NCBI GenBank assembly: GCA_040901675.1
Contig: JBBDYJ010000010.1
Coordinates: forward strand, 362,599-426,598
DNA: 64,000 nucleotides
Direction of reading: 5' to 3'
Source of the DNA: Pirellulales bacterium
Lineage (GTDB): Bacteria > Planctomycetota > Planctomycetia > Pirellulales > JAICIG01
Below are positions 38,087 to 49,142 of this stretch, piece by piece (positions within the stretch are counted from its first letter, which is position 1; every line of letters starts with the position of its first letter). The position numbers and the translations under genes were made by a program. Below the pieces are notes generated by a model. That model did no database searches and was not told the DNA's origin. It was given only the letters and a program-made list of their open reading frames with translations.

Positions 38087-38475
38087 CCCCTCCAGCCCCG
38101 ATCGCCGGCCGCGAGCAGCTCAAAACCTCGGGCAAACAAAGGGGACGCAGCTCGAATGGCACTCATGGCACAGCTCATCTCGCACCGGGCGCTAGGCACG
38201 GATAACCCCACAAGCCCTTTTCCGCGCAGTTCACTGCCAGCGGCGGCCACGACTGCCGCTCCGCCCCCAGTCCGCGTTCGGCGGCTCTTCTTTATTCTGC
38301 CTATCTCTGCCTTTTCGTGCCTGCTCGTGGCCATCTTCGTCCGTCTCCGTCATCGCCGTGTCACCGTGTCCCCCCATCCCCCGCTCCCCACTTCCCCCCT
38401 TCCTCCTGCTATACTGACCAGCCTGCACGACACCCTACCGGTAAGACCGCACGCCTCACCCCGCGAGAATCCGCC

Positions 38476-41400
38476 ATGCTCAAGGCTGCTTGCTCGCTGA
38501 TCTGCCTTCTCGGCGCGGCGGCCGGCTCGCGGGCCGACGAGGTCGACTACCTGCGGGACGTCAAGCCGATCCTGGCACGACGCTGCTATGCGTGCCATGG
38601 GCCGCTCAAGCAACAGCAGGACCTGCGGCTCGACTCGGCCGCGGCCATGGCTAAGGGGGGCGAAAGCGGACCGGCACTGGTCCATGGCAAAAGCCAAGAG
38701 AGCCTGATCCTGACGGCCGTGCGGGGCACCGACGGCTGGCGGATGCCGCCCGAAGGCGATCCACTCAGCGATGAAGAAATTGCCGTCCTGGCCGCCTGGA
38801 TCGACGCCGGGGCAGTGGCGCCCGACGAGCCGCTCGCCGATCCGAGCGAGCATTGGGCCTACCGGCCGCCCGTTCGGCCCGCATTGCCCGAAGCCGCTGG
38901 CGAAGGCGGCAATCCGGTCGATGCCTTCGTCAATGCCCAGCATGCCAGCCGGGGACTCCAGCCGCTGCCGCGGGCGGATAAGAACGTTTTGCTGCGGCGG
39001 CTGTATCTCGATCTGATCGGACTGCCGCCGGCGCGGGCCGAGCTGGCGGCCTTCGTCTCCGACGACTCGGCCGACGCCTACCAAAAAGTCGTCGACCGCC
39101 TGCTGGCCGACCCGCGCTACGGCCAGCGCTGGGGCCGCCACTGGATGGACGTGTGGCGCTATGCCGACTGGGCCGGCTTCGGCAACGAGATCCGCGACAG
39201 CCAGCGGCACATCTGGCGGTGGCGGGATTGGATCGTCGAGTCGCTCAATGCCGACCGCGGGTACGACCGGTTGATCATGGAGATGCTGGCCGGCGACGAG
39301 CTGGCGCCGGCCGACCCGGACACGCTGCGGGCCACCGGCTTCTTGGCCCGCAACTGGTTCAGCTTCAACCGCAACGTCTGGCTCGACAACACGGTCGAGC
39401 ACACCGCCAAGGCCTTCTTGGGCCTCACGCTCAACTGCGCCCGCTGCCACGACCACATGTACGATCCCGTGGCGCAGCAAGATTACTACCGCTTCCGCGC
39501 CTTCTTCGAGCCCTACGAGGTCCGCACCGACCGCGTGCCGGGCCAAAGCGACCTGATGAAGGACGGCGTGGCACGCGTCTACGACGCCAAGGCCGAGGCG
39601 CCCACCTATCTCTTCGTGCGGGGCAACGAGGCCGAGCCCGACACCGAGCACCCGCTGGCGCCCGGCCTGCCCGCGATCCTCGCGCCCGGCGAGCTGGCGA
39701 TCGAGCCGGTGCCGCTGCCGCCGCGGGCCTACAACCCCGGCCTGCACGCCTTCGTGCAAGACGAGGCGCTGGCCCAGGCGCGGGCCGCCGTTGCGCAAGC
39801 CAACGACGGCCTGGCAAAGGCCCAGCAGGCCGTGGCGGCCGCCCGGGAGCGGGTGGCGAGGCTTTCAGCGCCGGCATCCCAGCCGGATGAGCCGGCCGTC
39901 CAAGCGTTCATCAGCGACCGGTTTTCCGAAGCCAACCCGGCCGTCTGGCAGACCGTCGATGGCCAGTGGTCTTACGAGTCGGGCCGCCTGGTCCAGCAGC
40001 AGACCGGCAGCCAGGAATGCCGCCTGCTTTCGCTGGCCGAGCACCCGGCCGACTTCAGCGCCTCGTTTGCGTTCAAGATCACCGGCGGCCAGCAGTGGCG
40101 ATCGGTCGGCCTGAGCTTCGACGCGACTGAAGACGGCCGGTTCAACGCGGTCTACCTGAGTGCCGTTGCCGGCGGGTCCAAGCTGCAGGTTTATTACAAC
40201 CAAGGCGCGCCCGCCTACCCGGCCGACGCGATGAAGACCCTCGCGGTCCAGCTCAATCGCGACTATCTGCTCAAGGTCGACGTGCGCGGCCAGCTCCTGA
40301 ATGTCTGGCTCGACGGCGTGCTCGAGCTGGTCTACCGGCTGCCTCACCCGCGCCGCCCGGGTCGTCTTGCGCTCTGGACCTTCGACGCCATGGCCGAGTT
40401 CGTCAGTGTCGACGTGGCTGCGCTTTCGCCCGACGCCGTTCTGGCCGAATCCGCGACAGACCAGCCTGTCGCCAACACGCTCGAAGCGGCACGCCAGGCG
40501 GAGCAAAACGCCCAGGCCGCCAGCGCAGTGGCCGAAGCCGCGGTGGCGGCCGCAGCGGCCGGCCTGCGCAGCGTCGAGGCCCGCGTCGCCGCCGATCGAT
40601 CGCGGTTCTCCGATCCGCCCGCTGCCGATGCCGAAAGCCTGGCGCGGGCCGCCGGCCGGGCCGAGCGCGAGGCCACGGTCGCCGCCGCCCGGCACAAGCT
40701 GCTGGTCGAAGAGCAGGCCGCCGAGCTTGCCCGTCAAGCCGTCGCCGCTGCCGGCGAGAAGGCCGACGAGAAGACCAGGCAGACGCTGACCGCGGCCGAA
40801 GCCAAGGCCGCGGAGGCAGGCAAGGCGTTGGAAGCGGCCGAGGCGGCCCTGGCGGCGGCTGATTCCAACACCGGCTCCAGTTACGCGCCACTCGACGAGC
40901 TCTATCCTTCCACGAGCACCGGCCGGCGGTTGGCGCTGGCCCGCTGGATTGCCGACCCGGCCAACCCGCTGACGGCCCGCGTGGCCGTGAACCAGATCTG
41001 GCTGCGGCACTTTGGCGAGCCGCTGGTGCCGACCGTGTTCGACTTCGGCCTGAACGGGCAGCCGCCCACGCACCCCGAGCTGCTCGACTGGCTGGCCGTC
41101 GAGCTGATGGAGCAGGGCTGGAAGATGAAGGCCATCCACCGGCTGATCGTGACCAGCGACGCCTATTGCCGCAGCTCGTCGCCTGCGAGCCACGACGATT
41201 CGAACCTGGCGATCGACCCGGACAACCGCACCCTATGGCGGACCAGGCCGCGGCGCATGGAGGCGGAGGTCGTCCGCGACAGCGTGTTGCACGTGGCCGG
41301 GCAGTTAGACGCGACGATGGGCGGGCCCGACATCGACCACAAGGCGGGCGAGACCTCGCGGCGCCGCAGCCTCTACTTCCAGCACGCCAACGAGAAGCAG

Positions 41401-41808
41401 ATGGTCTTGCTCAAGCTGTTCGACGCGGCCAGCGTCAACGAGTGTTATCGCCGCGACGAGAGCATCGTGCCGCAGCAGGCGCTGGCCCTGGCCAACAGCG
41501 GCCTCTCGCTGAGCCAGGCCCGCCTCCTGGCGGGCCAGCTTTCGTCAGCCGGCACGCTCCCCGACGAAGACTTTATTTCCGCGGCCTTCGAGCAGGTGCT
41601 CTGCCGCGGCCCCAGTGCGGCCGAGCGCGGCGAGTGCCTGCGGTTCCTGGCCGGGCAGGCCCGTTTGCTGGAAGATAAAGAAAAGCTGACCGGGTTCGCC
41701 GGCGGCTCGCCGGCCGAGGTCCCCCCCTCCGCCGACCCCGCCCAGCGCGCCCGCGAGAACCTGGTCCACGTATTATTGAACCACAACGACTTTGTAACGA
41801 TACGGTGA
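38476..41808 (+). CDS. Planctomycete cytochrome c / DUF1549 / DUF1553 protein
   Basis: CYACHG, RWGRHWMDVWRY, CARCHDH, RLALARWI, PTHPELLDWLA, PQQAL. Confidence 0.93.
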   Translation: MLKAACSLICLLGAAAGSRADEVDYLRDVKPILARRCYACHGPLKQQQDLRLDSAAAMAKGGESGPALVHGKSQESLILTAVRGTDGWRMPPEGDPLSDEEIAVLAAWIDAGAVAPDEPLADPSEHWAYRPPVRPALPEAAGEGGNPVDAFVNAQHASRGLQPLPRADKNVLLRRLYLDLIGLPPARAELAAFVSDDSADAYQKVVDRLLADPRYGQRWGRHWMDVWRYADWAGFGNEIRDSQRHIWRWRDWIVESLNADRGYDRLIMEMLAGDELAPADPDTLRATGFLARNWFSFNRNVWLDNTVEHTAKAFLGLTLNCARCHDHMYDPVAQQDYYRFRAFFEPYEVRTDRVPGQSDLMKDGVARVYDAKAEAPTYLFVRGNEAEPDTEHPLAPGLPAILAPGELAIEPVPLPPRAYNPGLHAFVQDEALAQARAAVAQANDGLAKAQQAVAAARERVARLSAPASQPDEPAVQAFISDRFSEANPAVWQTVDGQWSYESGRLVQQQTGSQECRLLSLAEHPADFSASFAFKITGGQQWRSVGLSFDATEDGRFNAVYLSAVAGGSKLQVYYNQGAPAYPADAMKTLAVQLNRDYLLKVDVRGQLLNVWLDGVLELVYRLPHPRRPGRLALWTFDAMAEFVSVDVAALSPDAVLAESATDQPVANTLEAARQAEQNAQAASAVAEAAVAAAAAGLRSVEARVAADRSRFSDPPAADAESLARAAGRAEREATVAAARHKLLVEEQAAELARQAVAAAGEKADEKTRQTLTAAEAKAAEAGKALEAAEAALAAADSNTGSSYAPLDELYPSTSTGRRLALARWIADPANPLTARVAVNQIWLRHFGEPLVPTVFDFGLNGQPPTHPELLDWLAVELMEQGWKMKAIHRLIVTSDAYCRSSSPASHDDSNLAIDPDNRTLWRTRPRRMEAEVVRDSVLHVAGQLDATMGGPDIDHKAGETSRRRSLYFQHANEKQMVLLKLFDAASVNECYRRDESIVPQQALALANSGLSLSQARLLAGQLSSAGTLPDEDFISAAFEQVLCRGPSAAERGECLRFLAGQARLLEDKEKLTGFAGGSPAEVPPSADPAQRARENLVHVLLNHNDFVTIR

Positions 41809-41815
41809 AGTAGGC

Positions 41816-41930
41816 GTAGCTGAATTCGCCAGAATTCAGGTGGCAACGCGTAGCTGAATTCGCCAGAATTCAGGCGTCGTAGCTGTAAGCAGTGCGAGCA
41901 GGCGGCCAGAACTCTGGCGAGTCCTGCTAC
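41816..41930. repeat. GTAG-type REP family C cluster (two direct copies plus one inverted copy)
   Basis: GTAGCTGAATTCGCCAGAATTCAGG twice; CAGAACTCTGGCGAGTCCTGCTAC. Confidence 0.85.
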
Positions 41931-41945
41931 GGGAGAAGAACGATC

Positions 41946-43532
41946 ATGAACGAGAAACCAACTGACCTCCCGGCCAGCCGGGGCCATGTCTCCTCGCCTT
42001 GTCCCCGTGTCGCCGTGTCGCCTTGTCGTGCCTCCCCCCCTCCCCCGCTCCCCCCTTCCCCCCCTCCTCCTTGCTCATGCAGCATCCACCGCCGGACGTT
42101 CCTGGCCGACGTCGGCATGGGGTTCACCGGCCTGGCGCTGGGCGCCATGCTGCACGGAGACGGCGTGGCGCGGGCCGAGACGGCGTCGACTTCGCTCGGC
42201 GCCGGCCTGCCGCACTTTGCCCCGCGGGCCAAGAGCGTGATCTGGTTGTTCATGGTGGGCGGCACCAGCCAGATGGAAAGCTTCGACCCCAAGCCGGCGC
42301 TCAACGAGTACGCGGGCAAGACGATCGCCGAAACGCCTTTCAAGGACACGCTCGACTCGCCCCACTTGAAGAAAAACCTCCGGGAGGTGGTGCTCGGCTT
42401 GCACAAGGTGCACCCGCAAGTCTTCCCCATGCAGGTCGGCTATCGCCGGCGGGGCGAGAGCGGCATCGCCATCAGCGACTGGTGGCCGCACCTGGGCGAC
42501 TGCATCGACGACATGGCGATCGTCCGCTCGATGTGGACCACGGACAACAACCACGGCGCCCAGCTCCAGTTCCACACAGGCCGCCACGTGTTGGAAGGGC
42601 ATTTTCCGACCGTCGGCTCCTGGGTGCACTACGGGTTGGGCTCGATCAACGACGACCTGCCGCAGTTCATCGTGATGGGCACCCCCATCGCCGACTGCTG
42701 CGGCGGCATGGCTGGCCACGGGGCCAGCTATCTGGGCCCGGAGCACAACGGCGTGCAGCTTCAGGTCGACCCCAAGAACCCCTTGCCTTATGCCTTGCCG
42801 GCCTCGGACGTGTATCGAGAGGAGCAGCGCGGCGAGTTCGAGCTGCTGGGCACGTTGAACCGCCTGGCCGCCGTCGAGTACCCGGCCGACGCCGCCATGC
42901 AGGCCCGCATCAAGAGCTACGAGCTGGCCTTCCGCATGCAGATGGCCGTGCCCGAAGTGCTGGCCTTCGACACGGAGACGGTCGCCACGCACGAGCTGTA
43001 CGGCCTCGGCGATCCGGTGACGGCGCCCTTCGGCCAGCAGTGCCTGGCGGCCCGCCGGCTGGTCGAGCGCGGCGTGCGGTTCGTGCAGATCTTTCACGGC
43101 AGCAACGGCGGCGCCGGAGCCTGGGACGCCCACGGCGACTTGAAGAACGGCCACAGCAAGCTCTGCGCCCAGGTCGATCGGCCGATCGCCGCCTTGATCA
43201 AGGACCTCAAGCAACGCGGCCTGTTGGACGAGACGCTGGTGGTCTGGGGCACCGAGTTCGGCCGCACGCCGGGCGCGCAGGGCTCCGACGGCCGCGATCA
43301 TCATCCTTACGGCTTTTCGGTCTGGATGGCCGGCGGCGGCATCCAGGGGGGCATTGCTCACGGCGCCACCGACGAGCTGGGGTTTCACGCGGTCGAGCAC
43401 CGGCACTACGTGACCGACCTGCACGCCACGGTGCTCAACCGCCTGGGGCTCGACAGCCGCCGCCTAGAGATCCCCGGCCGCAAGCGCCTCGAGATGGACT
43501 ACGGCCGCCCCATCAGCGAAGTCATGGTGTAG
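41946..43532 (+). CDS. DUF1501 family protein with Tat-like motif
   Basis: [42 protein letters not shown]. Confidence 0.93.
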   Translation: MNEKPTDLPASRGHVSSPCPRVAVSPCRASPPPPLPPSPPPPCSCSIHRRTFLADVGMGFTGLALGAMLHGDGVARAETASTSLGAGLPHFAPRAKSVIWLFMVGGTSQMESFDPKPALNEYAGKTIAETPFKDTLDSPHLKKNLREVVLGLHKVHPQVFPMQVGYRRRGESGIAISDWWPHLGDCIDDMAIVRSMWTTDNNHGAQLQFHTGRHVLEGHFPTVGSWVHYGLGSINDDLPQFIVMGTPIADCCGGMAGHGASYLGPEHNGVQLQVDPKNPLPYALPASDVYREEQRGEFELLGTLNRLAAVEYPADAAMQARIKSYELAFRMQMAVPEVLAFDTETVATHELYGLGDPVTAPFGQQCLAARRLVERGVRFVQIFHGSNGGAGAWDAHGDLKNGHSKLCAQVDRPIAALIKDLKQRGLLDETLVVWGTEFGRTPGAQGSDGRDHHPYGFSVWMAGGGIQGGIAHGATDELGFHAVEHRHYVTDLHATVLNRLGLDSRRLEIPGRKRLEMDYGRPISEVMV

Positions 43533-43539
43533 GCAAAGA

Positions 43540-43761
43540 TCATGTCGCGCCAATGAAGCTCACGTCGGGGCGCCGGACCCGTTGCAAAATCGCCTCAGGA
43601 TATCCTGCATTCATTGCGGCAGCATGGACCGCCGCCATGTCCGTGCCGTGCGCGACGATCTCGGTCCGCTCCTTATTCCACGCGACCCACTGACCGGCGA
43701 ATTCAATGGGAGCCGGCTTGGGATGGAGTGGATCTGGAATGGCTTCTGACTTGTTCATCAA
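43540..43761 (-). CDS. Small DUF5678-like protein
   Basis: FAGQWVAW...IVAHG motif. Confidence 0.6.
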   Translation of the reverse strand: MMNKSEAIPDPLHPKPAPIEFAGQWVAWNKERTEIVAHGTDMAAVHAAAMNAGYPEAILQRVRRPDVSFIGAT

Positions 43762-43828
43762 CCACCTCCAACCGAATTGTACCGTCGAAGCGCCGCTTCC
43801 GTCAGAATCCGCGCGTCAACGGATTACG

Positions 43829-44015
43829 CACCACGGAGTGGAGTTACCGAGAACACGGAACGGGCAACGAATACGTGAAAATGTTGCCGACAATCATTCG
43901 TCTTCCTCTTCCGTGGCGTCTCCGTGTTCTCCGTGCCCCCGTGGTGAATTCCTCTTCGTCCGTCCGTTCCCTGCCCTCTGACTTTCTGCCTTCGTCCTTC
44001 TGCCTTCTGCCTTTC
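43829..44015. repeat. Nonamer-type inverted repeat element (CACCACGGAG ... CCGTGGTG) followed by a heptamer array
   Basis: 43829-43946 inverted ends with CTCCGTNNN units; (CTTCTGC)n at 43971-44015. Confidence 0.75.
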
Positions 44016-44019
44016 ACCG

Positions 44020-45198
44020 CTACCAGTCGCCCACGGCGCCGTCGGCGTAGAAGGAACGCTGCAAGAGCTCCTGCTGGAAAGGATGCTTCTTCACCTGGGC
44101 CTCGTTGATCTCGATGCCCAAACCCGGACGGGTGCCGGGCCGCACGATGCGGCCACGCGGCTCGACCACAAAACCTTCGCTGACCACGTCGCCCCGCCAT
44201 GGAACATCTTGGTGCACCGACTCGCAAATGATGTACGACGGCGTGGCAAAGCCCAGCTCGAGCGAGGCCGCCGTGCTCACCGGCCCCTGCGGGTTGTGCG
44301 GCGCAAGCGCCACGCGATAGGCCTCGGCCATGGCGGCGATGCGGCGGACCTCGCTCAGCCCGCCGCAGTGCGTGATGTCGGGCTGCAGGACGCTCAGCGC
44401 CTGCTTCTCCAGGAAGGGCCGAAAGGCGTGCTGCCCGATCAGCCGCTCGCCGCTGGCGATCGGCGTGGTGACGGCCCGCTGGATGTCGGCCATGGCCTCG
44501 ACGTTCTCCGGCCAGCACGGCTCTTCGAACCAGTAGAGGCCGTACGGCTCCAGCGCGCTGGCAAACCGCAGGCCCATCCGCGGCGAGGGACGGGCGTGGC
44601 AGTCGATCATGATGTCGATGTCGTCGCCAACCGCGTCGCGCATGGCCCGCACGCACGCCTCGGCATACTTGATTGGCCGCAGTCCTTCGATCGGCGCGGT
44701 CTCCGGCACGCCCATCGACTTGAAAGCGGTAAAGCCCTCGTCCACGGCCCGCGCCGCCATCTCGGCAAACCGGGGGGCGTCGGCGGGCGTCGTCTCGTAG
44801 AACTCCTCCATCTTGCCGCCGCCCAGGTGGCAATAGGTCCGCACGTAGTCGCGGACCGGGCCGCCCCACAGCTTGTGGCAAGGCACGCCGTGCAGCTTGC
44901 CCAAGATGTCCCACAGCGCGATGTCGATGCCGCTGACCGCCGTGGCCCGCACGACGCCGTTGGCGTGCCAGAAATGCTGGCGGTGCATCATCTGCCAGAG
45001 ATGCTCGATGCGGGTCGGGTCTTCGCCGACGACCAGTTGGGCCACGTCTTCCACCGCCCCCACGACGGCGCGGGTGTGCCACTCCAACGTGGCTTCGCCC
45101 CAGCCCCACAAGCCATCCTGGTCCGTGCGGACCTTGACGAAGATCCAGTTGCGCATCCGCGCATGGCAAACGTGCGTTTCGACGGCCGTGATTTTCAT
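44020..45198 (-). CDS. dgoD: Galactonate dehydratase-like enolase-superfamily protein
   Basis: [43 protein letters not shown]. Confidence 0.8.
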   Translation of the reverse strand: MKITAVETHVCHARMRNWIFVKVRTDQDGLWGWGEATLEWHTRAVVGAVEDVAQLVVGEDPTRIEHLWQMMHRQHFWHANGVVRATAVSGIDIALWDILGKLHGVPCHKLWGGPVRDYVRTYCHLGGGKMEEFYETTPADAPRFAEMAARAVDEGFTAFKSMGVPETAPIEGLRPIKYAEACVRAMRDAVGDDIDIMIDCHARPSPRMGLRFASALEPYGLYWFEEPCWPENVEAMADIQRAVTTPIASGERLIGQHAFRPFLEKQALSVLQPDITHCGGLSEVRRIAAMAEAYRVALAPHNPQGPVSTAASLELGFATPSYIICESVHQDVPWRGDVVSEGFVVEPRGRIVRPGTRPGLGIEINEAQVKKHPFQQELLQRSFYADGAVGDW

Positions 45199-45299
45199 CG
45201 GTGCTCCGGGCCAGGTGGCGATTCGCACCAAGTTGACATCGCCACGGCCAGCCAGTCAACTGGCGGCTCCCGGCCCCGCCTGCCCTGGAACTCAACGCG

Positions 45300-46238
45300 A
45301 TGACCCAATCACCCGCCGGCCTTCTCCACGGCGTCGTGCCGATCGTCCCCACTCCCTTTACCAAGGACGAAGAGATCGACTTCGAAGCCCTGGCCCGTTG
45401 CGTTCGGTTCGCCGCCGCCAGCTCGCTGTCCGCCGTCTGCCTGCCGGCCTATGCCAGCGAGTTCTACAAGCTCAGCGACGCCGAGCGCCAGGCCGTCGTC
45501 GAGTCGGCCATCGCCGCGGCTGGCGGCTCGCTGGCCGTCGTGGCCCAGGCCAACCACCCCTCGGCCCGGATCGCGGCCGAAGCGGCCCGCCGTTACGAAG
45601 GCCTGGGGGCCTCGGTCATCTCGTTTGCCTTGCCTCGGATCTTTCCGCTCAAGGACGACGACCTGTTCGACTACGCCCGGCGGGTGTGCGACGCGGTGCA
45701 GTTGCCGGTGCTGGTGCAGGATTTCAATCCCGGCGGCCCGACCGTCGGCGGCCAGTTTGCCCGCCGGTTGATGGAGGCCTGCCCCAACTTCCGCTATCTC
45801 AAGCTCGAAGAATCGCTGATGGGGCCGAAGATTCGCGGCATCATCGAGGCCACGAAAGGCCGCATCGGCGTGCTGGAAGGCTGGGGCGGCATGTACGTGC
45901 TGGACCTTTTGCCGGCGGGCATCTGCGGACTGATGCCGGGCCTGGGCGTGGCCGACCTGCTCCAGCGCGTTTGGCAACTGGCGAACGGCGGGCAGGATGA
46001 CGAAGCAACTTCGATCTTCCAGGTGCTGCTGCCGCAGATCATGTACTCGCTGCAGAACTCGGAGCTGTTCAACTGGGTCGAAAAGCGGCTGCTCGCCGCC
46101 CGCGGCCTCCTGCCCCAGTCGAGCATCCACGTGCGCCAGGCCACGTTCCGCCCCGACGAGGCGACGCTCGCGCATGCCGACCGCCTCAACGGGCAACTGA
46201 TGTCGCTGGCGCGCCGGCTGGGTCTGCCGACCAACTGA
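45300..46238 (+). CDS. Dihydrodipicolinate synthase family lyase/dehydratase
   Basis: PTPF, ASEFYKLS..ER, VQD, Schiff-base lysine in YLKLE. Confidence 0.85.
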   Translation: MTQSPAGLLHGVVPIVPTPFTKDEEIDFEALARCVRFAAASSLSAVCLPAYASEFYKLSDAERQAVVESAIAAAGGSLAVVAQANHPSARIAAEAARRYEGLGASVISFALPRIFPLKDDDLFDYARRVCDAVQLPVLVQDFNPGGPTVGGQFARRLMEACPNFRYLKLEESLMGPKIRGIIEATKGRIGVLEGWGGMYVLDLLPAGICGLMPGLGVADLLQRVWQLANGGQDDEATSIFQVLLPQIMYSLQNSELFNWVEKRLLAARGLLPQSSIHVRQATFRPDEATLAHADRLNGQLMSLARRLGLPTN

Positions 46239-46266
46239 GCGATCGAGGCACGTTCGAGATACCGCA

Positions 46267-47610
46267 ATGGACTCCCACCAGGATGCGATGCCCGCCAGCG
46301 CGGAACGCTCTCCCGCCGAGCAAGCCTTGCCGGCCAGGCGGCCCACGCACGTGCGCTACTGGGTGTTGGCCTGGTTGTGCGCGGCCGCAGTCATTGCCTA
46401 TGTGCACCGCAACGTGCTGAGCGTCATGGAAGACGAGGTGCGTTACGACCTGGGTCTGACCAAGAACGACATGGGCCTGGTCTTTTCCGCTTTGTTCCTC
46501 GGCTACGCGCTGTTTCAGATCCCGTCGGGCTGGGCCGGCGACCGCTGGGGCGCCCGGCGGCCGCTGGTGCTGTTCGCCGCCGCCTGGTCGCTGGCCACCG
46601 CCATGCTGGCAATGGCGGGCGGCTACTCGACGCTGCTGGCCGTTTGGTGCGCTTGCGGCGTCGCCCAGGCGGGACTGTTTCCCTGCGCGGCGCGCTCCAT
46701 CACCCAGTGGCTGCCCGCTACCGGACGCGCCTTTGCCAGCGGCGCCTTGGGGGGGGCGATGAGCGTCGGCGCCGCCGCGTCGGTCTTCCTCGCCGGCCTG
46801 CTGCTCGAAGCCGGCTTCGACTGGCGGGTAATCGTGACCGGCTTCGCGCTCATGGGATGGATCTGGGCCTGGGGATTCCTCCGCTGGTACCGCGAACGCC
46901 CCGAGATGCACCCGGGCGTGAACCATGCCGAGCTGGCCCTGATCGGCACTGGCGAGTCGGCTATTTCAGAAGCCGCCGGCCCGCACTCGCCGACTCCCTG
47001 GGGCGCAATCGTCTCGACTCCAGCCTTATGGTTCATCTGCGGGCAGCAGTTCTTTCGGGCCGCCGGCTACGTGTTCTACGTCACTTGGTTCCCCACCTAT
47101 CTCAAGGAAACGCGGGGCGTCTCCACCGGCTTGGCGGGCGCTTTGGCCAGCCTTCCGCTGCTGGCCATTGTGGTCGGCTCTCCCTTGGCCGGCGCGCTGT
47201 CCGACTGGCTGCTGGCCCGCACAGGCAGCCGCCGGATCAGCCGGCAGTGGTTCGCCGTGGCCAGCATGCTCGCTTGCGCCGCGCTGATCGTGCCGGCCAA
47301 CTGGATCGCTAATCCGCTGTTGGCAGTGTCGTTGATTGCCGCGAGCTCGTTCTGTGCCGCCTTCGGCGGCCCGGTTAGCTACACCGTCACGATGGACCTG
47401 GGAGGCCGGCACGTGGCCACCGTGTTCGGCATGATGAACATGAGCGGCAACTTTGGAGCCGCCGTCTTCCCCTTCGTGGCGGCCCGGTTGAGCACGGCCA
47501 CCGGCAACTGGGACGCCGTGCTGTTCGTGTTCGCGGGCGTGTACGTGCTGGCCGCTTGTTGCTGGATGCTGGTCGATCCCGACAGTAAGATCCGGCTGGC
47601 CACCGCGTGA
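46267..47610 (+). CDS. MFS transporter (anion:cation symporter-like)
   Basis: GYALFQIPSGWAGDRWGAR, WFPTYL, MNMSGNFG; about 12 TM helices. Confidence 0.9.
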   Translation: MDSHQDAMPASAERSPAEQALPARRPTHVRYWVLAWLCAAAVIAYVHRNVLSVMEDEVRYDLGLTKNDMGLVFSALFLGYALFQIPSGWAGDRWGARRPLVLFAAAWSLATAMLAMAGGYSTLLAVWCACGVAQAGLFPCAARSITQWLPATGRAFASGALGGAMSVGAAASVFLAGLLLEAGFDWRVIVTGFALMGWIWAWGFLRWYRERPEMHPGVNHAELALIGTGESAISEAAGPHSPTPWGAIVSTPALWFICGQQFFRAAGYVFYVTWFPTYLKETRGVSTGLAGALASLPLLAIVVGSPLAGALSDWLLARTGSRRISRQWFAVASMLACAALIVPANWIANPLLAVSLIAASSFCAAFGGPVSYTVTMDLGGRHVATVFGMMNMSGNFGAAVFPFVAARLSTATGNWDAVLFVFAGVYVLAACCWMLVDPDSKIRLATA

Positions 47611-49142
47611 GTTACCCACTCGAACACTCCAGGAGCACGATCGTGCCGCACGTCGATACGCCCCAGAGCCGCTGCTTGTGCGGAGTCGCGCGGTGCGATA
47701 TCACGCCGCCGGTCGGCATTTATCACCGCATGTGGGGCGCGGCCACGCACGACCGCTCCACGGGCGTCCACCGCCCGCTGACCGCCACCGCGCTTGTGCT
47801 GCGCAACCCGGCGCCCGCTCCTGTCTCCGACAGCAGCTCTTCGACCGACCCGACGGACGAGCTGGCCCTGATCGCCGTCGACCATTGCCTGCTCTGGAGC
47901 CGCGAGATGGCCGCCTTGCGATCGGCCGTCGCCGAGGGCGCGGGCCTGACTCCCGAACAGGTCCTGGTGCTCTTCTCGCACACGCACGCCGCCGGCCTGA
48001 TGGGCCTGGAGCGCCGCGACCTGCCCGGCGGCGAGTTGATCGAGGCGTATCTCGGCGAGTTGGGCCGCAAGCTGGCCGCAATCGTCGGAGAGGCGCGAGC
48101 CGCCCTGCAGCCGGTCACGATCACTTACGGCGAGGGCCGCTGCGACCTGGCTGCCCACCGCGACTTCTGGGACGCGGACAACGGGCGCTGGGTTTGCGGC
48201 TACAACCCCCAGGGTCCGGCCGACGACACCCTGCTGGTCGGCCGCATCACCGGCCACGCGGGCAGCACGCTGGCCACGCTGGTCAACTACGCCTGCCACC
48301 CGACCACGCTGGCCTGGCAAAACACGTTGATCAGCCCCGATTATCCCGGCGCCATGCGCGAGGTGATCGAGTCGGCAACCAGCGCCCCGGCCATCTTCGT
48401 GCAGGGGGCTTCGGGCGACTTAGGACCCAAGTACGGGTACGTGGGAGACACCGCCGTGGCCGACGCCAACGGCCGCAAGCTGGGTTATGCGGCCTTGGCG
48501 GCGCTCGAATCGCTGCCGCCGCCGGGCACGCGCTTCGAATATGGCGGCCCCGTCATCTCGGGCGCCGTCATCGGCACCTGGGAGCACGTACCGCTCGACA
48601 CCGAGGCGCTACGGCCAAAGGAGGCCTGGCAGTTCCGGCGCTCGTGCATCGACTTGGCTTTGCGGCCCGGCCTGCCTTCGATCGACGAGCTGCGGCAGCA
48701 GCGCGAGCGGCTCTTGGCCGAGGAGCAGCAGGCCCGAACGGCCGGCGACGCCGCCCATGCCCGCGACTATCGGGCCCAGGCCGAGGTCAAGACACGCCAA
48801 CTGGTCCGCCTGGGCAACCTGCCGCCGGGGCCCGCGTTTTCGTTCCCGATCCAGCTTCTGAAGCTGGGCGACGCGGTCTGGCTGGCGATCGAAGCGGAGC
48901 ACTACCAACTGCTGCAGACGGCCTTGCGGAGCAGGTTTCCGGGAACGCCGCTGGTGGTGGCCACGCTGGTCAACGGTTCGCTGCCGACCTATCTGCCGAC
49001 GCGCGAAACGTACGGCACGGGCATCTACCAGGAGACGGTCGCCTTGCTGGCGCCCGGCAGCCTGGAGCACCTGATCGAGGCGATCGGCGGGCAGATCAGC
49101 GAGCTGCTGGCTCGGCCAGTTCCTCTTCGGGCTCGTAGCTGA
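47607..49142 (+). CDS. Neutral/alkaline ceramidase-like hydrolase
   Basis: DITPP, SHTHA, NYACHPT, DYPG, QGASGD. Confidence 0.8.
   Translation: MSYPLEHSRSTIVPHVDTPQSRCLCGVARCDITPPVGIYHRMWGAATHDRSTGVHRPLTATALVLRNPAPAPVSDSSSSTDPTDELALIAVDHCLLWSREMAALRSAVAEGAGLTPEQVLVLFSHTHAAGLMGLERRDLPGGELIEAYLGELGRKLAAIVGEARAALQPVTITYGEGRCDLAAHRDFWDADNGRWVCGYNPQGPADDTLLVGRITGHAGSTLATLVNYACHPTTLAWQNTLISPDYPGAMREVIESATSAPAIFVQGASGDLGPKYGYVGDTAVADANGRKLGYAALAALESLPPPGTRFEYGGPVISGAVIGTWEHVPLDTEALRPKEAWQFRRSCIDLALRPGLPSIDELRQQRERLLAEEQQARTAGDAAHARDYRAQAEVKTRQLVRLGNLPPGPAFSFPIQLLKLGDAVWLAIEAEHYQLLQTALRSRFPGTPLVVATLVNGSLPTYLPTRETYGTGIYQETVALLAPGSLEHLIEAIGGQISELLARPVPLRARS

Noticed and set aside
38140..38330. Possible integron attC site (GGATAAC / GCTAGGC-like boxes)
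   Set aside because: Boxes are in the wrong order, there is no convincing paired stem, and no integrase is present.
41816..41874. Possible CRISPR repeats (25-bp palindromic unit twice)
   Set aside because: Spacer is only 9 bp, and the family is dispersed (8419, 28331) as GTAG REPs.
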